Origin: an uncultured Bacilli bacterium
GTDB lineage: Bacteria; Bacillota_I; Bacilli_A; RF39; UBA660
Direction: 5' to 3'
Length of the DNA stretch: 64,000 nucleotides
Assembly: GCA_944358415.1 (NCBI GenBank)
Contig: CALVRA010000003.1
Coordinates: 17,790-81,789, forward strand
The notes under the pieces were generated by a model, which made no database searches, was not told the DNA's origin, and worked only from the letters and a program-made list of their open reading frames with translations. This document shows positions 35,991 to 42,900 of this stretch, piece after piece (position 1 is the first letter of the stretch; every line of letters begins with the position of its first letter). A program made the position numbers and the translations under genes.

Positions 35991-37100
35991 ATGGCAGTTT
36001 ACAAAGATCCTAAGCCTACTAAAAATGGTAGAGCTTGGTATTTTAAGTTTAGCTATAAAGATGCATTTGGTGCTACTAAACAATATAGATCTAAAAGATA
36101 TCTAACTAAAAAAGAAGCATCTGATGCAGAAAGAATGTTTTTAGTTACCTCTACTGATAAAGTAGAGGATAACAATATGACATTTAAAGACTTATATGAT
36201 GAGTTTAGAATGCACAATGATGAAATAATGAAAGATACTACTAAATATGGTTATGATAATAAAGAAAAATTTATAGAATGTTTCTATCCTGTTAAAGTAA
36301 AAGATTTTAATATTATGCAATTTGAACAATGGAAACGAGAGATAAATAAACTTAATATATCTCTTAGATATAAAAATGATATTTATAAATTTCTTAAATC
36401 TATTTTAAACTTTGGTGTCAAATGGCATAATTTAAACTTTCAAGCAGTATATAATAAAATGACAAAATTTCAAGATCCTAATGAACGTAGAAAAGAAATG
36501 TCTTATTATACTTATGATGAGTTCAAAAAGTTTATTTCTAATGAAGAAGATCTACGATGGAAATGTGTATTTGAAATATTATATTACTGTGGACTACGTA
36601 AGGGAGAATTAAAAGGACTAACTTGGAAAGATATATATTTTGATAAAAAAGTATTATCTGTTAATAAGCAAATAACGCAAAGAAATAACCGTGTTAAATT
36701 CGAATTCTCGGATACTAAGACAAGAGATAGTAGAAGAATAGTACCTATCACTAAAGTATTGTTAAATGACCTTAAAATGCTCTATGAGCAGGACAAAAAA
36801 GAATACTATGGTTTTAATGATGATTTTTTTGTTGTTTCAGATGCTAAACCTATAGCTGATTCTAATATATATCTTAGAAGAACTAAACTAGCAACACTTG
36901 CTGGTTTAAAAGTTATTAGGACCCATGATTTTAGACATTCATGTGCATCGTTACTTATTAACAATGGTGCTAATGTTACATTAGTTGCCAAATATTTAGG
37001 ACATACAAAAATCGAGGAAACACTAAATACATATTCACATATGTTTAGTACTGCCCTCGACTCTGTAGTTTCTGTTATAGATAGCTTAGAAGATGACTAA
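35991..37100 (+). CDS. int: tyrosine recombinase/integrase (island A)
   Basis: Phage integrase N-terminal SAM-like region. Catalytic HDFRHSCASLLI, LGH and the Y of LNTYSHMF. Confidence 0.92.
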   Translation: MAVYKDPKPTKNGRAWYFKFSYKDAFGATKQYRSKRYLTKKEASDAERMFLVTSTDKVEDNNMTFKDLYDEFRMHNDEIMKDTTKYGYDNKEKFIECFYPVKVKDFNIMQFEQWKREINKLNISLRYKNDIYKFLKSILNFGVKWHNLNFQAVYNKMTKFQDPNERRKEMSYYTYDEFKKFISNEEDLRWKCVFEILYYCGLRKGELKGLTWKDIYFDKKVLSVNKQITQRNNRVKFEFSDTKTRDSRRIVPITKVLLNDLKMLYEQDKKEYYGFNDDFFVVSDAKPIADSNIYLRRTKLATLAGLKVIRTHDFRHSCASLLINNGANVTLVAKYLGHTKIEETLNTYSHMFSTALDSVVSVIDSLEDD

Positions 37101-37101
37101 G

Positions 37102-37995
37102 CTATTTTTTTAATGATTTATACATATTAAAAATATATACTATCATTGCTATCATACTGAAGATAAACGTTAATATGCTATATACAGCAAACCAATACTT
37201 TAAAAATTTATAATTAATAAATAACGGATGAATTGAAATAATAACTTGAGGAACAATTATTCCAAATATAGTTATTAGTAAAAAGGTTAATAAATCAATC
37301 TTTAAGTTGCTATCTATTGCTTTTATTTTACTTTCTATATCTTGTTTTTCAATAATTTTCCAGTTATTGATATCCACAATTTTTGTGTAATCATTTGCTA
37401 AATCTCTTTCCTCCAAGTTTTCTTGAAGAGTAGCAAATTTATTAGAAATATTTAAACTTCCTAAATCAGGAAGACTAATTGGTCCATAATTAGTTCTTTT
37501 TACTTCAGCAAATTTTGAACCAACTTCATAGTAAACCCAGTACATCTCATTGTCATTATATATTTTGTTCTCAGATAATATTTTTTCAATATCATCAAGA
37601 TAGTATTCTCTATCCCTAAATATACTTCCAGCTTTTTTATATGCATCAATTACTTCATTATAAGCTTCTTCTCTTTCTTCTGCAGATAAACCATGTGCAT
37701 CATATTCATCTATATTAAAATCACTTTCAATTACATGAGTATATATTTCATCAATAAAAGCTTCTCTATTATTCTTAAATATTCTTTCTTTTCTTATTTT
37801 AATTCGATTACTATTATACTCAATTTCTTTATTCAGTATATTTAATTTATCAACTAATTCAGACTTTTCTATTTTCAAATTTAACAGCTTTGTAACTAAT
37901 AATCCACCAATAATTGCAATGAATATTCCGATTGTTTGAATGTTTAATTCTGCAAAGTGTAAAATGTTATCCAAATCAAACATACTACCCTCCAA
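37102..37995 (-). CDS. hypothetical membrane protein (N-terminal TM, coiled-coil, C-terminal TMs)
   Basis: IGIFIAIIGGLLVTKLL near the N-terminus, and LLTFLLITIFGIIVPQVII / WFAVYSILTFIFSMIAMIVYIF at the C-terminus. It overlaps the upstream gene by 11 nt. Confidence 0.55.
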   Translation of the reverse strand: MEGSMFDLDNILHFAELNIQTIGIFIAIIGGLLVTKLLNLKIEKSELVDKLNILNKEIEYNSNRIKIRKERIFKNNREAFIDEIYTHVIESDFNIDEYDAHGLSAEEREEAYNEVIDAYKKAGSIFRDREYYLDDIEKILSENKIYNDNEMYWVYYEVGSKFAEVKRTNYGPISLPDLGSLNISNKFATLQENLEERDLANDYTKIVDINNWKIIEKQDIESKIKAIDSNLKIDLLTFLLITIFGIIVPQVIISIHPLFINYKFLKYWFAVYSILTFIFSMIAMIVYIFNMYKSLKK

Positions 37996-38581
37996 ACATA
38001 GATGTAATCAGTGGTAAAAAAGCAATACCTACATCTACACTTTTATCTGCTAACCAAACCATAATTGGCTTTACTTTAGCCCATTTAGTTTTTTTACTGT
38101 CTTTAGACTCGTATATCGTCTTTAATTCTTCAATTTTTTGAAGAGCTTCCTCAGTTTGTTCTTCAGTTAATGACTCATTATCTTTTATATTCTGTACAAC
38201 CGCATTAAAATTTACAGTATTAGTAATAGTGTTAGTATTGGTGTTTTTATTATTGTTGTATATTTTTACACCACTTGAACTTTTACCGTTAAACATTTCA
38301 TATACTCTTAAATCAAGATCTTGTTTATATCCTTCAAGTTTTCCAATCATATTTTCTAAATTTTCAGACATACCACTTTCACCAATAAGTTCATATGCAA
38401 AACCTAAATCATCAGACCAGCCATATTGACTCAAACCCCAAGTATTAATTTTTGATTGATATTTACTATCCATGTATTTATGAATTTTCAATATTTCATC
38501 AATGTTTTTATTGCTCAAAACTTCTTTTATTGAATTAATATCTTTATCAATATCTCTTTTCATTTGATTAACTTTACTCAT
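37985..38581 (-). CDS. hypothetical protein with Asn/Thr-rich linker and C-terminal TM
   Basis: 198 aa with an NNNKNTNTNTITNT linker and C-terminal VDVGIAFLPLITSMFGG. It starts 10 nt after the AbiEii stop. Confidence 0.55.
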   Translation of the reverse strand: MSKVNQMKRDIDKDINSIKEVLSNKNIDEILKIHKYMDSKYQSKINTWGLSQYGWSDDLGFAYELIGESGMSENLENMIGKLEGYKQDLDLRVYEMFNGKSSSGVKIYNNNKNTNTNTITNTVNFNAVVQNIKDNESLTEEQTEEALQKIEELKTIYESKDSKKTKWAKVKPIMVWLADKSVDVGIAFLPLITSMFGG

Positions 38582-38591
38582 ACAAAACCTC

Positions 38592-39428
38592 CTATACTGC
38601 TACAGGTATTATTACCTTAACTATTTCTTCAATACATTGCATTATTTCATCATAATCGATGTCATTTGCATATTCATATCTTTTCTTATAAGAATCCCAT
38701 CTGTTTTTAATAATTTCACTATCTCTTAATGTTGCTATTACTTCATCAATATTTCCTGTATAATTTCTCTTTTCAAATGTTTTATCTATAGCCTTACGTA
38801 GATCATCAACTTTAACATTTTTCCATCCTTTTGTGTATATTAAATATAAATCATAGTAATCTCTTATTCTACTATTAGCTTCAGCTCTTCTCAGGATTGT
38901 TTCTAGCTTTTCTGCAATTACAGTTTCAATATTGTATGACCATACATTTACATAACTATCTCCTAGTATTGGACGATATTTATATACAATTGGTTTTGGT
39001 GTTATAGGATCTCCTGTTGCTATATCAATTTGGAAATTCTCTCTAATTGTATCTACTTTGACATTCAAAATTACTCTAAAGCCACCATATTGATCTTCTT
39101 CACGTATGTTACCAATATCTACAAAACTTATCAAAGCACCGTCATTTATATCTATTGAAATAATTGATTTAATCATCTTTTCAATATTTTCTTTAGTGAA
39201 ATTAGCATCTTTAATTGCAGTATCTATATCTTTAGTAGATCGACTCTCTAATCCAAATAATGTACTTAAATAAAATCCACCTTTTAAAATGAAATTATCA
39301 CGATATTTACTTACAGCTAATCTTTCTATAAATCTATCATACATATATAAACGAAGTAATGTATTAAAATCCAGATTTCGCTTTACTGCTATATTTTTTA
39401 ATTTGTCTTTTACTTGCATACTATTCAT
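38592..39428 (-). CDS. AbiEii/AbiGii-family nucleotidyltransferase toxin (type IV TA)
   Basis: N-terminus QVKDKLKNIAVKRNLDFNTLLRLYMYDRFIERL...FILKGGFYL...RSTKDIDTA is the family signature. Confidence 0.85.
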   Translation of the reverse strand: MNSMQVKDKLKNIAVKRNLDFNTLLRLYMYDRFIERLAVSKYRDNFILKGGFYLSTLFGLESRSTKDIDTAIKDANFTKENIEKMIKSIISIDINDGALISFVDIGNIREEDQYGGFRVILNVKVDTIRENFQIDIATGDPITPKPIVYKYRPILGDSYVNVWSYNIETVIAEKLETILRRAEANSRIRDYYDLYLIYTKGWKNVKVDDLRKAIDKTFEKRNYTGNIDEVIATLRDSEIIKNRWDSYKKRYEYANDIDYDEIMQCIEEIVKVIIPVAV

Positions 39429-40071
39429 ACATCATACTCACAAAATCCATAACTTCTTCTTTTATGCCAAACATATCGGCATACTTTGAAAGCTTTATTA
39501 GATCATTGTCCTTTCTTTTAAGATATTCTTTAATTGCATATTTTACATGTTCAAGATCCATTCTCTTTTTAGAACGAATTATATCACATATACATCTTTC
39601 TATATCATAAGCTTTTACCTTATTTCCTTGTGGTGTTTCAACTTCTGTAATTCCAATATTATAAAATTTATCATCTACATAAAAAACATTATGTTTTTTA
39701 AGCTTAGGATTATTATATTTTTTTGTAACAGTTATATCAAAAGAACTATCTGGTGCTTTAATCGAAAGATTATGAAAATAAAGTGCAGTCATATGTGAAT
39801 AAATTATTTTTGGTGTACTAACACTAAGCACATAATATACATCCTCAATCTTATCAGAATCAATATAAATTCCCTTAGCAACTTTTTCTATCATATTTTT
39901 TTTAGTCATAATAGATAGATAATTCCTGCTTATATCAAAATCTTCAAGTTCTTTTGCAGTAATATATCCATTATTTCTTTCCATAAGTTTTTGAATGATT
40001 TCTATATTACTTTCATTTATAAACTCCTCTTTTGTCATAAAATCCATAATTTCACCTCTTTGTTCGTTCAT
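39421..40071 (-). CDS. AbiEi-family antitoxin/transcriptional regulator
   Basis: ~200-aa protein overlapping AbiEii by 8 nt. N-terminal wHTH-like segment (GYITAKELEDFDISRNYLSIMTKKNMIEKVAKGIY). Confidence 0.75.
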   Translation of the reverse strand: MNEQRGEIMDFMTKEEFINESNIEIIQKLMERNNGYITAKELEDFDISRNYLSIMTKKNMIEKVAKGIYIDSDKIEDVYYVLSVSTPKIIYSHMTALYFHNLSIKAPDSSFDITVTKKYNNPKLKKHNVFYVDDKFYNIGITEVETPQGNKVKAYDIERCICDIIRSKKRMDLEHVKYAIKEYLKRKDNDLIKLSKYADMFGIKEEVMDFVSMMYE

Positions 40072-40215
40072 ACGGACATTATACCATTTATCCGTATCAT
40101 TGTCAATATATTAGAAACTGATAAATTAAGAATTTTCAGTTTAATTGTCAAAACTCATTGAGAATTTTTGCCACTTTCGGCACTTTTCTTCAATGAACTA
40201 TTCTTAAATCTAATT

Positions 40216-40241
40216 TTTTTGTACCTAAATTGTACCTAAAA
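40216..40241 (+). repeat. arm-type repeat (2x GTACCTAAA), right end of island A
   Basis: Identical to 24221-24246. It lies about 75 bp before core copy 2. Confidence 0.7.
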
Positions 40242-40316
40242 TTATTTTTGCAAACTCGATGCCTCACAAACCGTTATAAAATGGGCATAAAAAATGAGAG
40301 CACGGTTAAATGCTCT

Positions 40317-40326
40317 CTTCAGGGGG
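40317..40326. repeat. att core copy 2 (CTTCAGGGGG), junction of islands A and B
   Basis: Preceded by the island-A-borne hairpin GAGAGCA-CGGTTAAA-TGCTCTC (40296-40317). Confidence 0.75.
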
Positions 40327-40434
40327 CCAAATAAAATCAATTACGCAAGTTTATGAATATTATGCAAATCCTTATAAAATAAAGCTTTTCTTAATATTCA
40401 CTTTTAACTATATAATGACTATTTTTAATACTTT

Positions 40435-40486
40435 GGGTACCTAGCTGGGTGCCTAATTTTTTGCGAGAACTTTTGGGTGCCTAAAA
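40435..40486 (+). repeat. arm-type repeats (GGGTACCTA, GGGTGCCTAA, GGGTGCCTAAAA), left end of island B
   Basis: Three direct copies about 110-160 bp inside the core. The consensus matches 52392-52415. Confidence 0.65.
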
Positions 40487-40499
40487 TGAAAAATATTTA

Positions 40500-40973
40500 T
40501 TATAGTTTTTCTATTTTATTTAAAGTTGCTAAACTATATTCTTTTGATATATGATTAAGTAAGGCCAATAACCGAGCAATTATACAATTTATTTCTTCAA
40601 AATTAACTTTTACCTCAATGGAATTATTTTCTGAAGGATGAAAAATTTTATTTCTTGGAGAATTATTTGATTCATAGAAATATTTATTAATCATTTCATA
40701 CAAATCAGGTAATATTACATTTATTTTATTATTATTAATAATGGAATTAAGAGTTTTCATTGTTCCTTGTCTATACATTTCAATATTTGTTCCAGGGATA
40801 GATTTGTATATTTCTAGCACTAACCTTTCTATTAATGGAAATTTATAATATAAACTATCAAATGAAGTATCATCAATAACAAGCATATCTATTTTTCCTA
40901 TTTTAGATCTAGATATATCACTTTCAAACAACTTTATAAAATCACGATTTTTAATTTTTATCATTCTAATCAC
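40500..40973 (-). CDS. small HEPN-like protein (R-x4-H motif)
   Basis: 157 aa with SPRNKIFHPSEN (R-N-x3-H) followed by a hydrophobic helix. The layout parallels the C-terminus of the upstream 586-aa protein. 8-nt overlap. Confidence 0.55.
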   Translation of the reverse strand: MIRMIKIKNRDFIKLFESDISRSKIGKIDMLVIDDTSFDSLYYKFPLIERLVLEIYKSIPGTNIEMYRQGTMKTLNSIINNNKINVILPDLYEMINKYFYESNNSPRNKIFHPSENNSIEVKVNFEEINCIIARLLALLNHISKEYSLATLNKIEKL

Positions 40974-42726
40974 TTTCTTTCTTTAATAATCCATTTAAAA
41001 ACATAATAGCACATAACGAAGTTATTATTTCTACATCTATATTCTTGTTAAAATAATTCCCGTGTGAAATATTATCACGTATATTTAGCCCATGCTTTTC
41101 ATATAAAATATAATTAACAAACATTAACCCATTAAAAATAGCATCATTTTTAACATATTCTTTTGCTAATATATTTAGATTTTTAAATCCTTTTGTTGAA
41201 ATTTGTAATTTTTTTCTCTTCATTATATTAATAATTGTTTGCTCAATTTGAACAATATTTTTAGCTAATATAATATAATTATTTTTTAACTTATAATTTC
41301 CTTTTGATATTAATATATTAACCAATGATTTGTTTCTTTCTTTGTTGCTAAAAATAGATATAATAAATTGTTGTTTCATCAGAAAAGTTATGCTTAGATA
41401 TTTTAATAACTGTGTATAGTAATCTGAATATAATTTATTTTTTAAATTTTGATGCTTTTGTGTATAATCTAGACCTTTTTGATCATAATATTGCTTAAAA
41501 ATGCTATCTTCAATCGCATCTTCTGATTTTAAATAAACTTGCGAATCACTATCAATGCAAAAAGAATTAAAGATATATGAAATAGGATATTCAGCATAAT
41601 TCTTTAATGCCATTTCTAGTTCATAAATAAAATTACCACAAGATATTATATAAAGTTGACTAATATCTTTCTTTACTTTTGCAATTAAATCATCAACTTT
41701 ATCACTAGGAATAATTTTTTTATATTTAAATTCATGCATTTGAGAATACATTCTTTTTTCATCTGAAACTACAAATCTTTTTAAATATAATATATTTACT
41801 AAACATTCATGAATTTTTCTTTTTTGGGTTGAATTCATATTTTTAATTTTGGTTAAATAGTCATTTAGTAATTTAATCAATTCATCTGCTTCAGCAATTA
41901 TTTGAAGAAAACTATTTTTTTTATCAAATGTTTGATCATGTAGAATATTTACTTGATTAATTATTTTATTTAATACACTGTTAAATACCTTTCTTTTTAA
42001 TAATTTTTCTTTATCTAATTTATATAATATTTCATCTGGATTTTTACTGAAACTATTTTCTTTTTCTAAATTTAATAAATATTCTTCATAGTATTTAATA
42101 TTATCTTTAATGTTTTCATCATAAATTATTACTCTAGATGGATATATATGATAATTCAATAATTTTTTTATATACATTTTTTTTAGTTGTTTATTTTTTA
42201 TTAAATTTACACAACCTCGTTCCATGATTTCTCCTAGAAAAAAATTCTCTTGCTTTACTCCATAATCAATTATTTTGCAATATAGTTCATAGGACTTATA
42301 GATTATTTCCTCAAGAATTTTATTAAAATAAGATTCAGTACTTAAAGCACTAATGAAATTTTTTCTAATTTCCTTATAATTTTTAACATTATTTCGATAT
42401 TCTAAAGTATTGATAGAATTAAAATAGCTTAATAAAAACTCAGCAATTAAAAAGCAGTTATTTGAATTATGTTTTTTAAAAAAGGTATATATTTTAACAA
42501 TATGTTCTAATTCTTTTTTATCTAATACAATTTCATAGCTATTTATTACATAAAGTAACCTGTTTTTCGAGAAAAAATAACTGTTATATAATTTATTAAA
42601 CTTGTGTAATTCATGTGTATATGTTTCTAACGAAGATTTATTATTTAGTTTATAATTAAAAGAAGTATGTTCTATATCCACATCTATAAACTCTTTTAAA
42701 TAATTAATTATATGACCATATAGCAT
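40966..42726 (-). CDS. large alpha-helical protein with C-terminal HEPN-like (DUF4209-like) module
   Basis: 586 aa, helical, with C-terminal LNIRDNISHGNYF (R-x4-H). GGAGGGAG SD. Separated from hsdR by a hairpin terminator. Confidence 0.55.
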   Translation of the reverse strand: MLYGHIINYLKEFIDVDIEHTSFNYKLNNKSSLETYTHELHKFNKLYNSYFFSKNRLLYVINSYEIVLDKKELEHIVKIYTFFKKHNSNNCFLIAEFLLSYFNSINTLEYRNNVKNYKEIRKNFISALSTESYFNKILEEIIYKSYELYCKIIDYGVKQENFFLGEIMERGCVNLIKNKQLKKMYIKKLLNYHIYPSRVIIYDENIKDNIKYYEEYLLNLEKENSFSKNPDEILYKLDKEKLLKRKVFNSVLNKIINQVNILHDQTFDKKNSFLQIIAEADELIKLLNDYLTKIKNMNSTQKRKIHECLVNILYLKRFVVSDEKRMYSQMHEFKYKKIIPSDKVDDLIAKVKKDISQLYIISCGNFIYELEMALKNYAEYPISYIFNSFCIDSDSQVYLKSEDAIEDSIFKQYYDQKGLDYTQKHQNLKNKLYSDYYTQLLKYLSITFLMKQQFIISIFSNKERNKSLVNILISKGNYKLKNNYIILAKNIVQIEQTIINIMKRKKLQISTKGFKNLNILAKEYVKNDAIFNGLMFVNYILYEKHGLNIRDNISHGNYFNKNIDVEIITSLCAIMFLNGLLKKESD

Positions 42727-42875
42727 ATTCTCCCTCCTAAGTTAATAATTTTATATTAAACTGATTAATTGTATAGGTTTATCAATATCACATAAAACTT
42801 TATAAAGTAAGAAATTTATAAAGAATTTACTTTTACTTATTTTTTATGAATATAAATTCTCCACATATTAAATAA

Positions 42876-42900
42876 AGAAGTAGCACAGGATACTACTTCT
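42876..42900 (-). terminator. hairpin terminator at the end of hsdR (island B)
   Basis: AGAAGTAG-N9-CTACTTCT 8-bp stem overlapping the hsdR stop. A T-rich tract follows on the minus strand. Confidence 0.5.

Larger units (their letters stand above)
24110..40326. mobile_element. Integrative island A (~16.2 kb, phage-satellite/PICI-like, no structural genes)
   Basis: Bounded by direct 10-bp cores. An identical 26-bp arm repeat TTTTTGTACCTAAATTGTACCTAAAA lies near both ends. It carries a tyrosine integrase, a cI/cro switch, a replication module, Type I R-M, AbiE and an OLD-type operon. Confidence 0.75.
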
